NCBI GenBank assembly: GCA_018829445.1
Contig: JAHJTV010000066.1
Location: 79,649-143,648 of the forward strand
Source: a bacterium
Lineage (GTDB): Bacteria > SAR324 > XYD2-FULL-50-16
Direction: 5' to 3'
Length of the DNA: 64,000 nucleotides
The position numbers and the translations under genes are program-made. Below are positions 45,326 to 55,836 of this stretch, piece by piece. The notes below the pieces were generated by a model. It was not told the DNA's origin and did not search any database. It saw only the letters and a list, made by a program, of their open reading frames with translations. Numbering within the stretch: position 1 is the first letter of the stretch; every line of letters begins with the position of its first letter.

Positions 45326-48073
45326 TTAGTATTCCATTTTTGACTGAGAAGGTTTCTTCTGGTCCAACACCTCTCTCATGGAGCCCACCAGTTTTGTAAT
45401 ATCCAAAGGTTTCAAAAGATATTTTTCGATTCCTATGTTAATGGCTTGCTCTTCCGAAATAATCTCACTGTAACCGGTGATAAGAATGATAGGGATATCA
45501 GGACGGACAGTTAAGAGATGCTCCGCCAATTCGGCACCTGTCATTTTGGGCATGGTTTGGTCTGTGATAACGAGATCATATTCATGGGGGCAGGAGCGAA
45601 ATGCCTTCAAGGCGTCCGTACTGGCATCGAATCCTGAGACTTTGTACCCGAGTTCCTTTAATATTTCACGTTCCATCACCATAACCGAGTGCTCATCGTC
45701 AACAACAAGAATTCGTTCCTGACCGCTCAATTGCTCCTTTGAAATCTGATCTATTTTTGATGTTAGAATAATGTCGGTTCTGGGCAGGAATACTTTGAAA
45801 GTTGATCCCTTGCCAGGTTTGCTTGATACGGAGATAATCCCCTGATGTTCATCGACAATCTTCTTTACGATGGAGAGTCCCAGCCCTGTTCCTTCATGAC
45901 CGCTTTTGGTTGTAAATAAAGGATCGAAGATCTTATTCATCGTCTTCTTATCCATTCCATGGCCGGTATCACTGACTGTCAATTCCAGATAAGCGCCAGG
46001 ATTGAGGTCAGGGAATACAGCCCGGTTTTCCGCATCCACTTTGATTTCTCCCAATGACACTGTCAATGTGCCTCCTGAATTCCGCATAGCATGATAGGCA
46101 TTGGTGCAGAGATTCATTACCACCTGATATATTTTGATGAAGTCGGTTAAGATAGATCCGCAATGGTTATCGACCTCCTGCTTGATCTCGATAGTTGTTG
46201 GCAGACTGGATCTGAGCAGTTTCAGGGTTTCCTTGATAATCGGTTGAATGGCGATCGGTTTATATTCACTGATAGTACCTCTGCTATAAGTCAGTATCTG
46301 CTTTACCAGGGCCGAAGCTCGATGAGTGGTTTCCTCGACGGGTTCCAGGAGTTTTATAACCTCTTCATTTCCCTCCAGCTTTTTTATTGCCAGTTGTGTA
46401 TATCCCAGTATCTGAAACAGGAGGTTGTTAAAATCGTGGGCAATACCGCCGGCCAAGGTGCCTAATGATTCCATTTTCTGTGCCTGGAACAGTTGCTGTT
46501 CCAATTCCAGACGTTTTTTTTCGATCTGCTTTTTTTCCGAAATGTCACGCCAGCTTGATCGACTAAACAGGATATTTCCCTGGTCATCACGGACCGCGGA
46601 AACATTAAGGCTGACGTCTATCTCACTTCCGTCTTTCCGCTTTATTTTGAGTTCAATTCCCTCAATTTTACCGGTTCTGACAAAAGTTGGAAAAACATGG
46701 TTCCTGGCGTAGGCGGAACTTTCAGGGGTATACATATCAAATATTGATCGACCGATTATCTCCTCTTTCCTGTAACCGGTTGAATCAGCCAGTGTCTGGT
46801 TACATTCGATGATACAAGCCGTTTTTACATCAACGGAAGCATACATATCGGGTGCATTATCATAAAGATCCAGATATTTCCTCTCCGATTCTTTTTTCTC
46901 ATTAAGGGATGATTTTATTTTTTCTTCCGCTGATTTTTGTTCGGTAATATCATTCGCAATAATTTGCACGCCGATGGTCTTTTTTTCTGCATTGGTGACC
47001 CTGTTGTAGGTCGCTAAAAACCATTTCTTTCCGGATGGTAATTGCACATAATCTTCATATGTTGATTCTATGTCAGAATAAACCGTTTTTTTGATTCTTT
47101 CATGATAAAGCGACGCATTTTTGGCATCGAACAGATCAAACAGAGTCTTCCCTGTAAAATCCTCCGGATTTCCGTTAAGCTCATGGGCAGCCGTTCTGTT
47201 AAAAGAGATGATCCTACCCTCGGTATCGTAATAACCGATTCCCACGCCTGCATTTTCAAACAGTAAACGGTGTCTCTCCTCACTTTCCTTCAATGCTTCC
47301 TCTGACTGCTTGCGCTCGGTGACATTCTTATCCAAACCTCGGTACCCGATGAGGTTGCCTTTATTATCTAATATTGGTGAGGCATTGGTCTGAAGACAGA
47401 TCTTTTTCCCGGTTTTGGTCAGATTCCAGTTTTCCAGATCAACAATCGGCTTTTTTTGAGCGGCGATCTCCTGGAAGGCTTTAAAAACACGATCCGCCTC
47501 ATCAGGTGGCATCAGATCAAAAGGAGTTTTTCCTAAAATTTCCCCAGGTCTGTATCCGAGAAGATCCTCAATTTTAGTGGACGCATAAGTATATCTGGAA
47601 TTATGATCTACCTCCCACACCCAATCTGACGAGCACAATACGAGGTCATGATATTTTTGTTGAGACTGTTTTAATTTTTCTTCCGCCATGCGACGTTTTG
47701 TATCAACCGTTGAGGCATACAACGCCAATTTCAGGGTAACCCTCAAATCTCTTTCCCGTATAGGCTTCAGGAGTAGTCCCAACGGCATGGCCAGTTTTGC
47801 TCTTTCCAGCTTATCATCATCCATATAGGCGGTTAAAAAAACAATGGGGATATCAAATCGTAACCGGATTATCTCCGCTGTTTCAATGCCGTCTAATATG
47901 CCTTTTAGTTTAATATCCATGAGAATGAGATCAGGACGATACGAATCTGCTTTCCCGATCGCCTCCTCGCCTATATCAGTGGTTGCAACAACCTCATGTC
48001 CCATATTATTTAGAATGGCTTTAAGCTCCATGCATACAATTGCCTCATCCTCGACAATTATTATTCTTGCCAT
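45326..48073 (-). CDS. hybrid sensor kinase: REC - 3x PAS - HisKA - HATPase_c - REC
   Basis: 915 aa. REC1 (IIIVEDEAIV...LILMDIKL), repeated PAS/PAC segments, H-box GGIAHDFNNLL, G-boxes DTGHGM and GTGLGLSIV, and REC2 (ILVVDDEHSV...LVITDQTMPKMTG). 22 nt upstream of the NtrC-like gene. Confidence 0.9.
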   Translation of the reverse strand: MARIIIVEDEAIVCMELKAILNNMGHEVVATTDIGEEAIGKADSYRPDLILMDIKLKGILDGIETAEIIRLRFDIPIVFLTAYMDDDKLERAKLAMPLGLLLKPIRERDLRVTLKLALYASTVDTKRRMAEEKLKQSQQKYHDLVLCSSDWVWEVDHNSRYTYASTKIEDLLGYRPGEILGKTPFDLMPPDEADRVFKAFQEIAAQKKPIVDLENWNLTKTGKKICLQTNASPILDNKGNLIGYRGLDKNVTERKQSEEALKESEERHRLLFENAGVGIGYYDTEGRIISFNRTAAHELNGNPEDFTGKTLFDLFDAKNASLYHERIKKTVYSDIESTYEDYVQLPSGKKWFLATYNRVTNAEKKTIGVQIIANDITEQKSAEEKIKSSLNEKKESERKYLDLYDNAPDMYASVDVKTACIIECNQTLADSTGYRKEEIIGRSIFDMYTPESSAYARNHVFPTFVRTGKIEGIELKIKRKDGSEIDVSLNVSAVRDDQGNILFSRSSWRDISEKKQIEKKRLELEQQLFQAQKMESLGTLAGGIAHDFNNLLFQILGYTQLAIKKLEGNEEVIKLLEPVEETTHRASALVKQILTYSRGTISEYKPIAIQPIIKETLKLLRSSLPTTIEIKQEVDNHCGSILTDFIKIYQVVMNLCTNAYHAMRNSGGTLTVSLGEIKVDAENRAVFPDLNPGAYLELTVSDTGHGMDKKTMNKIFDPLFTTKSGHEGTGLGLSIVKKIVDEHQGIISVSSKPGKGSTFKVFLPRTDIILTSKIDQISKEQLSGQERILVVDDEHSVMVMEREILKELGYKVSGFDASTDALKAFRSCPHEYDLVITDQTMPKMTGAELAEHLLTVRPDIPIILITGYSEIISEEQAINIGIEKYLLKPLDITKLVGSMREVLDQKKPSQSKMEY

Positions 48074-48516
48074 AAAGTGAACTCTGAAGGGTTATGTTCG
48101 TTTTAATCGAATCAAAAATCACTTGATCCTGGGGTAGAATACTACAACCTGGGCTACAAGCGGGTTAACGATCAATAGTCAATTAAGGATGCCAACCATA
48201 GGAATATGATAAAACATTTCCTAAATCAAACGAGTCACCATAAATTTTATCCTGCCATCAAAATATATTCAAGTTAAAAGAATCTTTAAGCCAAATCGAA
48301 AAAAGCTTTGTAATGCTTAACAAATACCTTGTTAACATTCAGGAGTCGTTTTTCTTGAGGAACTTGGCTGTATAAGCCATTGGATTATTTGACTTAAACA
48401 TATCGAAAATAGGTAAGATAAACTGGAATCGGCAGAGCAAAGTTGTTTTATAAGAGAATAGTATTATCAGTAGATTGACACTGAAACTGAGAGGAGCCTT
48501 ATCAGAATGTAGAGCT

Positions 48517-49065
48517 TTATTTTTCTGAACTGTTATTTGTCCGGTTATTAAAGACAATGAGCGCGTTTACAAATAGTTTTTTAATAAATAATACTTTTTC
48601 ACGATCTATCAGTTTTTGGAATTCGGAGTAGTGCGAATGGTCTAATGCCAGTTTTGGCGGGGAGTGGAAGTGTTTGTAGGTATTTCTTTGAAACATGGAG
48701 ATCAAGTCAATTATGGGGATGTTTTCATCCGGGTATTCTACAATCCATGATAACCTGGATATTAATTCAAATCTTACCCTGTCGGCCATCAAAAGATGCA
48801 CATCCATCATTTCCAGTTCATCCTGTTTACTGATGGATTGCTTTCTTTTTTGTAGTTGAGGGTGTTTTACACAATGGATGATTTCATAAAACGCATTTGT
48901 GCTTTTTTCCCCGGGAGATGCAAGATACAACAGGGTTTTGTCAGACAGATCCTTCAAGGTGGTAGACTCATCATAACTTTCTCTGAAGCGTTGATTCCAA
49001 GGAGTAAAGCAGACCTTTCCCAGGCGTTTTTTCTTATAGTGATTCAAATCGATGACTTTGGCCAT
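48517..49065 (-). CDS. hypothetical protein
   Basis: 182 aa with an ATG start. No domain recognised. Confidence 0.5.
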   Translation of the reverse strand: MAKVIDLNHYKKKRLGKVCFTPWNQRFRESYDESTTLKDLSDKTLLYLASPGEKSTNAFYEIIHCVKHPQLQKRKQSISKQDELEMMDVHLLMADRVRFELISRLSWIVEYPDENIPIIDLISMFQRNTYKHFHSPPKLALDHSHYSEFQKLIDREKVLFIKKLFVNALIVFNNRTNNSSEK

Positions 49066-49104
49066 TGAGGAATACAGTAATAAAGTTGTTTGGATTAATA
49101 TTCT

Positions 49105-49578
49105 TTATCTTGAAATTACAGCTACTTTTCCCTTTGCCAATTTAACCAGATCACGCGGAGTCATCTCTATTTGCAGCCCCCGTTTCCCGGCACTGAAGTA
49201 AATGGTTTCAAAGTTTTGGATGGAGCAATCAAGAATGACAGACAGATTCTTTTTTTGCCCCAATGGGCTGATTCCACCAACGACGTAACCTGTTGCTTTT
49301 TCTGCATTGGCAGGAGTTGTCATTTGAACCTTCTTAGCACCTGTTTCCTGTGCAAACAGCTTGAGATCCAACTGTTTATTGACCGGAACAAAGGCTACCG
49401 CAAGCTTGGTGGGATCATTATTCAACTCGGTTACCAGGGTTTTAAAAATCCGATCTGAAGGGATGTTCAGTGCCAGGGCTGCCTCTTCACCATAGGATTC
49501 TTCTGAACAACCTGGTGTGTACCGATGAAGGGTGAATTTTATTTTGTTCTTTTTAATAAGATCGATGGCAGGGGTCAT
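49105..49578 (-). CDS. ybaK: Cys-tRNA(Pro)/Cys-tRNA(Cys) deacylase YbaK
   Basis: 157 aa. TPAIDLIKKNKIKFTLHRY...KTLV...GYVVGGISPLGQKK is the YbaK signature. Confidence 0.85.
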   Translation of the reverse strand: MTPAIDLIKKNKIKFTLHRYTPGCSEESYGEEAALALNIPSDRIFKTLVTELNNDPTKLAVAFVPVNKQLDLKLFAQETGAKKVQMTTPANAEKATGYVVGGISPLGQKKNLSVILDCSIQNFETIYFSAGKRGLQIEMTPRDLVKLAKGKVAVISR

Positions 49579-49814
49579 GCGTTTTCCCTGAAAATCCTTA
49601 TGTTAATCAATCCAATGTATTGTATTCCCACCTGACGTAATAATGGATTGTATATCCTTCCTTGTCTTTCAATAATTTTGAATTACATTTTACATCCGGT
49701 CAACCCACGTTTTATGTGGGAAGTTAAGTGAAAGCATTGGATACAGTTTCTGCTGCTCTCACTGTCAATCTCCACAATTAAACCATCGCTGCTGGAATGT
49801 AAATCTGCCTCAGA

Positions 49815-50501
49815 TCAGTCTTTAAAGACTACACACTCATCAACGGGAGCTCGACCCACGCGAGTATTATTAGCAGGGACAGAAACGTCTTCATAACCAA
49901 AGGCGATACCGAATAAAACACCTAGATTGTCACCAAAACCGAAGACCTCCCTGGAAACCTGGGGGTGGTTTCTCATGGCGCCCATTGGGCAAGAGCTGAT
50001 TCCTAGTGATGTGAAAGCCAGCATTAAGGTTTGAGCATATAGACCTATATCCACGGCTATGGTTGCAGGGAATTCTTTTTCCATACAGATAAAAGCCATA
50101 TGTGGAGCGTCAAAAAATTCAAAGTTTTTCAGTAATGCTTTCAAGCGTCCCTCATGATCATCCCTGGCAATTCCCATTTCCTTATAGAGTGTGACAGCAC
50201 AGTCTACCTGCCGTTTGCGATAAACACCATCGAATTTTCCGGGATAATCAAAATCGGGACTACCGATATCGCCTGAGGTAACAAGCTCAATTAAACGATT
50301 GCGAATTGCATCTCGCGTTGCACCGGATGCGACAAAGACCCTCCAGGGCTGTATATTGCTGTTTGAAGGTGAAAGCTGAGCCAGTTCAAAAGCTTTTTGA
50401 ATGGTCTCTCGGGGGACAGGTTTATCTAAAAAGCCGCGAACGGTTCTTCTTGCTTTTAGAGTTTCCTCAAACGTCATGTTTATTTTGCCAGAATCAGTCA
50501 T
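49815..50501 (-). CDS. nitroreductase-family protein
   Basis: 228 aa. RRTVRGFLDKPV...SPSNSNIQPWRVFV is the nitroreductase N-terminal signature. Confidence 0.85.
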   Translation of the reverse strand: MTDSGKINMTFEETLKARRTVRGFLDKPVPRETIQKAFELAQLSPSNSNIQPWRVFVASGATRDAIRNRLIELVTSGDIGSPDFDYPGKFDGVYRKRQVDCAVTLYKEMGIARDDHEGRLKALLKNFEFFDAPHMAFICMEKEFPATIAVDIGLYAQTLMLAFTSLGISSCPMGAMRNHPQVSREVFGFGDNLGVLFGIAFGYEDVSVPANNTRVGRAPVDECVVFKD

Positions 50502-50863
50502 ATCAAATAAGTAAGAATTATTAATCGATTAAAAACCAATACCGCCAGATCGTCGGTATTATAAACAGAAACATGTTATCTTGTTTGCATTATAGTTACC
50601 TGTATGGTTATCGACCAGCCCAAAAATTCCTGGAGAATAGTTTCAAGTGTGCGATTTGGTAAACACTTTTTTCCGGTTGACCTCAGGAGAACGATAACCT
50701 ACCATAAAAACAGGGAATTAATTTTAAGACACCAGGAACTCTTGAGGTTATCTGTGTTTTTTATGAATATAATGATCAATGTTTTCATTCAGTGATAACA
50801 GATATTTCTGAATGGAGATCATTTGACTTAATCGATTAATTCAGCCCCAAGGGGGAGCTTATC

Positions 50864-51613
50864 ATGAAAAAACTGAGTCTGATGAGTTTGATCATCTGCT
50901 TTGTCATTTCATCAGGAAATGCACAAACGATAGATGACCTTCTGTTGATGTCAGAAGAATTCCCTCCCTATAATTATACCGAAAAAGGAAATCTGAAGGG
51001 GACATCTATCGATTTGGTTGTTTTAATGTTGGAAAAACTTCATTCCAAACAAACCCGTGATGATATTCATATGCTCCCCTGGGCCAGATCCTATAGAATA
51101 CTTGTAAATACGAAAAACACTGCTCTTTTTGCCGTAACCAGAACGGCAAAAAGGGAAAAACAGTTTAAGTGGGTTGGCCCTATTTCCAACGCAAGAAATG
51201 TACTGATTGCCAGAAAAGATGCGGCGTTGAAGATAAGAACCGCTGAAGATATTCAACACTATCAGGTTGGCGCTGTGCGAGATGATGCCGGACAACAACT
51301 GTTAATCTCCAAGGTCAACCTTAATAAAGATGATATTGTAATAGCCCATAGTGCCACAATGTGTGTTTTAATGCTCAGTAAAAAAAGAATTGACCTGTTT
51401 GCATATGATGAAAATGTCACAAAATGGCTGATAAAAAAAGAAAACCTGAACCTTGAAGATTATGAAACCGTCTATGTGCTGGAGGAGGGATTGCACTACA
51501 TTGCGCTTCATATCGACACACCGGATACATTAATAACAAGAATGCAATCCGTGTTAGATGAGATTAAAGAAAGTGGTGAACATGACAGCATTTTAGACAG
51601 GTATTTAAAATAA
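50864..51613 (+). CDS. periplasmic substrate-binding protein, family 3 (amino-acid/SBP_bac_3-like)
   Basis: 249 aa. Signal peptide (MKKLSLMSLIICFVISSGNA). EEFPPYNY...GTSIDLV is typical of SBP family 3. RBS GGGGGAG. Confidence 0.8.
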   Translation: MKKLSLMSLIICFVISSGNAQTIDDLLLMSEEFPPYNYTEKGNLKGTSIDLVVLMLEKLHSKQTRDDIHMLPWARSYRILVNTKNTALFAVTRTAKREKQFKWVGPISNARNVLIARKDAALKIRTAEDIQHYQVGAVRDDAGQQLLISKVNLNKDDIVIAHSATMCVLMLSKKRIDLFAYDENVTKWLIKKENLNLEDYETVYVLEEGLHYIALHIDTPDTLITRMQSVLDEIKESGEHDSILDRYLK

Positions 51614-51721
51614 AATTATCAAAGGCCGTTTAAAGACTTTTCTCATACTTTTAAAACCTATCGGGCGACCATTGATTATTCCTTTCTCAAACGAACGGGC
51701 ATCATTTAAACCAACTGACTG

Positions 51722-54013
51722 ATGATCGAGATATTTTTAAAACCAATTGATTACGCAAAAGAGCATCCTCTCGTTTTTCGCCTTCTTTTTTATATCCTGT
51801 TATTCAGTTCCGTGGTTACATTGCTTGCAACAGCACTCCAACTGTATTTGGACTACCAAAAAGATGTTGCACTGATTGAAAGGGAGCTAAAACAGATTGA
51901 AGAGAGTTATATGCAAAGTGTTGCTCTCAGCGTGTGGAAAGTAGACCGGGATCAAACCCAGACATTATTGGATGGCATTGCCAAGCTGCCCGGGATAGAA
52001 TACCTGGAAATCAAGTCAGAGGATGAACTGATCGCAAAGTCCGGAACACCCCCAACAAGATTGATTATCACCCGGGCATTTCCGCTGGTCGCTGTTTTGA
52101 AGAAGGAAGAAATAAGAGGATTTGGCACATTAAATGTCATTGCCTCCAAGGAGGAAGCTTTCCAGCGTTTGACCCAAAGGGTTGTTATCATTCTGAGCAG
52201 TCAAGCCTTTAAAACATTCCTGGTTTCTCTTTTTATTCTTCTTGTGTTGCACTCTCTTGTCATGCGTCATTTGGCGACGATGGCGAACTTTACAAAACAA
52301 TTGGATCTCGCCAATCTTGAAGATGACCTGGTTTTGAATCGGGACCACAGACAATCAAAAACCAGAACGGACGAATTGGACAGGGTGGTTACAGCGATCA
52401 ATGAAATGCGTTCCAGGCTTCTTCAGGACATTTTAATCCAAAAACAATCAGAGGAAGCCTTACGCGCCAGTGAACAGAAGTTTCGGGCCATTTTCAATCA
52501 AACCTTTCAGTTTATCGGGCTGCTTTCTTGTGAAGGACTTTTACTTGAAGTAAATGAAACGGCCTTGCACTTTGCCGGGATCACTGAATCTTCTGTTTTA
52601 AACAAACCATTCTGGGAAACTCCCTGGTGGGCTCATTCAACAGAAGTGAAAAAACGCATCGAAAATGCTGTCCTAACCGCTGCTGCCGGTGAATTTATAC
52701 GATTCGAAACCAGTTCCCAAAGAAGTGACGGGACTCTTTTAGATGTCGATTTTTCGTTAAAGCCCATAAAAGATGAAAGTGGGGAGGTTATCCTTCTTAT
52801 CCCGGAAGGCAGGGATATCAGCGAACGCAAAGAGACCGAACGTGAATTGCAGCACTTGAGGAACCTCCTTAAAAACATTATCAATTCAATGCCATCGATA
52901 TTGGTAGGTGTTGACCGTGATAACCAGGTAATTCAATGGAATGTAGAAGCAGAAAAGGCAACCGGGATCAAAGCAATTGATGCCCATAAGCAAGTGTTGA
53001 CCAAAGTCTTCCCCCAACTGGCAAAAGAAACGGAAAGGATCACCCAGGCCATAAACGATCGCATGATTCAAAAGAATCAAAAAGTTGCGATGGTTTTTAA
53101 TAATGAGACAACGTTCTCGGACATCACCATCTATCCCTTGATTTCGAATGGGGTGGAGGGGGCTGTGATTCGTATTGATGACATTACTACGCGCGTCCGC
53201 ATAGAAGAAATGATGGTTCAATCTGAAAAAATGGCTTCCTTGGGGGGACTTGCAGCGGGAATGGCTCATGAAATCAATAATCCGCTGGCAGGTATGATGC
53301 AGAATGCACAGGTATTAAGAAAACGACTCTCGGAACACAATATGAAAAACCTTCAGCTTGCAGAAGAGTGTGGTACGAGCATGGAAGCCATTCAAGCGTT
53401 CATGGAGAAACAGGGCGTTACTCAAATATTCAACTCCATACAGGAATCAGGTTTACGTGCCAACCACATCGTAAAAAACATGCTCAGTTTCAGCCATAAA
53501 AGCGATGCAAAATACAAGGAACACGACCTTGGTGAACTGATGGACAAAGCCATTGAACTTGCAGAAAGTGACTATAATCTTGCCAGGCAATACGATTTTA
53601 AAAAAATAAAAATTATTAAGAAATACGAAAAGAACATGCCAAAAACGCAATGTGAGGAGAATAAAGTCCTGCAGGTTTTTTTAAATATCCTTATTAACGG
53701 TGCCTACGCTATGGGTGAAGGTCTTGATGAAAAAAGGAGTCCCTGTTTTACACTAAGCATCAAGTCTGACGGCCAAATGGCATATGTTGAAATAGCAGAC
53801 AATGGGCCGGGCATGGAGGAGGCTGTGAGAAAACGAATCTTTGAACCATTTTACACTACAAAAGACATAGGAAGGGGAACAGGACTCGGATTGTCGGTTT
53901 CCTACTATATCATTTCAGACTACCACGATGGTTCGATTTCTGTTGAATCGGAGTTGGGAAAAGGATCTAAGTTTATAATTCGGCTGCCCTTCAGAAGACC
54001 TTCCCTTATTTGA
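51722..54013 (+). CDS. membrane sensor histidine kinase (periplasmic loop - HAMP - 2x PAS - HisKA - HATPase_c)
   Basis: 763 aa. Two TM helices flank a ~140-aa loop, followed by PAS segments. H-box AGMAHEINNPLAG, G-boxes DNGPGM and GTGLGLSVS. Confidence 0.9.
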   Translation: MIEIFLKPIDYAKEHPLVFRLLFYILLFSSVVTLLATALQLYLDYQKDVALIERELKQIEESYMQSVALSVWKVDRDQTQTLLDGIAKLPGIEYLEIKSEDELIAKSGTPPTRLIITRAFPLVAVLKKEEIRGFGTLNVIASKEEAFQRLTQRVVIILSSQAFKTFLVSLFILLVLHSLVMRHLATMANFTKQLDLANLEDDLVLNRDHRQSKTRTDELDRVVTAINEMRSRLLQDILIQKQSEEALRASEQKFRAIFNQTFQFIGLLSCEGLLLEVNETALHFAGITESSVLNKPFWETPWWAHSTEVKKRIENAVLTAAAGEFIRFETSSQRSDGTLLDVDFSLKPIKDESGEVILLIPEGRDISERKETERELQHLRNLLKNIINSMPSILVGVDRDNQVIQWNVEAEKATGIKAIDAHKQVLTKVFPQLAKETERITQAINDRMIQKNQKVAMVFNNETTFSDITIYPLISNGVEGAVIRIDDITTRVRIEEMMVQSEKMASLGGLAAGMAHEINNPLAGMMQNAQVLRKRLSEHNMKNLQLAEECGTSMEAIQAFMEKQGVTQIFNSIQESGLRANHIVKNMLSFSHKSDAKYKEHDLGELMDKAIELAESDYNLARQYDFKKIKIIKKYEKNMPKTQCEENKVLQVFLNILINGAYAMGEGLDEKRSPCFTLSIKSDGQMAYVEIADNGPGMEEAVRKRIFEPFYTTKDIGRGTGLGLSVSYYIISDYHDGSISVESELGKGSKFIIRLPFRRPSLI

Positions 54014-54186
54014 TGCTTTCAACCCTCAGTGGTTCGTAAAACAGAGCCTTAACTGTTGATTCTAAAAGGTAATTTCATCTGCAGATAAAATCAGATGTGG
54101 AAAAGAGAATCATGGATTATAATAATCAATTTTCAACACAACAAACACAAAAGATTAACAGTTTTATTGGCAAACAGGAGAAGGGT

Positions 54187-55587
54187 ATGATTAATACGCG
54201 GATCATCTGCACCATCGGACCTGCGAGCAACACGCCGAAGATGTTGCACAAAATGGCTGAAGAGGGGATGAACATTGTTCGGTTGAATATGTCTCACGGT
54301 GACCATCAATCTCATCTTGAAGTGATAGAAATGGCAAAGCAGATAAACAAAAACGCCCAATATCCCATTGCACTTCTACTGGACACGCAAGGACCTGAAA
54401 TTAGAACCGGATGTATGGAAATGGATCTTGTGGAGGGTGAAATAATAACCGTCAACACACCACCTCTTCCCGAACAAGTGGAAGGCTGCCTATATGTGAA
54501 CTACCCCCATCTGGTGGATACCGTCAAAGTTGGAGACCGCATCACTGTGGATAGTGGATTGATAAACCTTGAAGTAGTAGACAAAAACGAGCGAACCATG
54601 CAATGCCGAATTCTTGACGGGGGTTATATAAAAGGCAGACGGCACGTTAACCTGCCTGGTATTCATGTGGAAATCCCAGCTATTACCGAAAAAGACAAAT
54701 CGGATATTCTTTTCGGGGTTGAGAATGGCATCGATTATATTGCACTCTCCTTTGTCAGAAATGAAAATGCTATATTCGAGTTAAAGGAGCTTTTGGGAGA
54801 AAAAGGCTGCCACATCAAAATCATTGCCAAAATAGAGAACTATGAAGGTGTACAAAATATGGAGGAAATTATTAAAGAGGTTGATGGTATCATGGTAGCT
54901 CGCGGCGATCTTGGAATAGAAGTGAATATGGAGGATTTACCCAGCATCCAAAGACAAATCGCTTATCACTGTGCTGTTCATGGTAAAAGCCTGATTGTGG
55001 CGACCCATCTTTTGGAATCGATGATTGAAAACCCTATTCCTACCCGCGCCGAAATCACCGATATTGCAAATGCTGTATACGAAGATGCGGATGCCATCAT
55101 GTTGTCCGGGGAAACTGCCAGCGGGAAATTTCCCGTTAGGGCCATTCAGAGTATGAAAAAAACTGCTCAAAAAGCTGAACAGTATCCGGGTGTGCAATAT
55201 GCAAAAGATATTGTCAAAACGGACGATCTTCAGCACATTGCCTTCGCAGCCATACAACTGGTCGACGATCTGATGCTAAAAGGGATCCTCGTTTTTACAC
55301 AAAGTGGACGATCGGCTGTGATTGTCTCCCGTTGCAGACCTGCCCGTATAAGAATTTATGCCTTTACCAATTCTCCAAAAACCCAGTCCACCCTTATTTT
55401 GAATCGTTCTGTCTATCCATTTATCATCGAATTCCATGACGACTTTGAAAAAACAGTTCAGGAAGCCTTGGGAAGACTGAGAGAAACCGGTGATTTCCAA
55501 AAAGGCGATCAGATGATCGTTATCCACGAAATCGTTACCGAAAACGGTGATATGGCCCCATCGATCCAGGTACGAAACGTGTTCTAA
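54187..55587 (+). CDS. pyk: pyruvate kinase
   Basis: The ORF track start is 54097; the ATG at 54187 follows RBS AGGAGA and gives the canonical N-terminus MINTRIICTIGPAS. Also MNIVRLNMSHG, MVARGDLGIE and SGETA motifs. Confidence 0.95.
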   Translation: MINTRIICTIGPASNTPKMLHKMAEEGMNIVRLNMSHGDHQSHLEVIEMAKQINKNAQYPIALLLDTQGPEIRTGCMEMDLVEGEIITVNTPPLPEQVEGCLYVNYPHLVDTVKVGDRITVDSGLINLEVVDKNERTMQCRILDGGYIKGRRHVNLPGIHVEIPAITEKDKSDILFGVENGIDYIALSFVRNENAIFELKELLGEKGCHIKIIAKIENYEGVQNMEEIIKEVDGIMVARGDLGIEVNMEDLPSIQRQIAYHCAVHGKSLIVATHLLESMIENPIPTRAEITDIANAVYEDADAIMLSGETASGKFPVRAIQSMKKTAQKAEQYPGVQYAKDIVKTDDLQHIAFAAIQLVDDLMLKGILVFTQSGRSAVIVSRCRPARIRIYAFTNSPKTQSTLILNRSVYPFIIEFHDDFEKTVQEALGRLRETGDFQKGDQMIVIHEIVTENGDMAPSIQVRNVF

Positions 55588-55836
55588 TGCAAGAACTTTG
55601 ATGGGTTACCCTCTTTTCTAAATATGCCACAGAAGAGTGCCGATTGAGTCTCCTTATTTTTAATTTGTAGAAAAATGTTTCTTTTTAAGCATTAATGGAA
55701 TTTTTCATTGTTTCTTCCCATTTCAATATTTGCATTAATTTTCGTTTGATTTATCATAACTTTATTGAAGTAAAATAGCAGTCAAGACAAACAACCCGTA
55801 AGTGCTCTTTTCAACATTCCGAAGAGATAAAGTCAA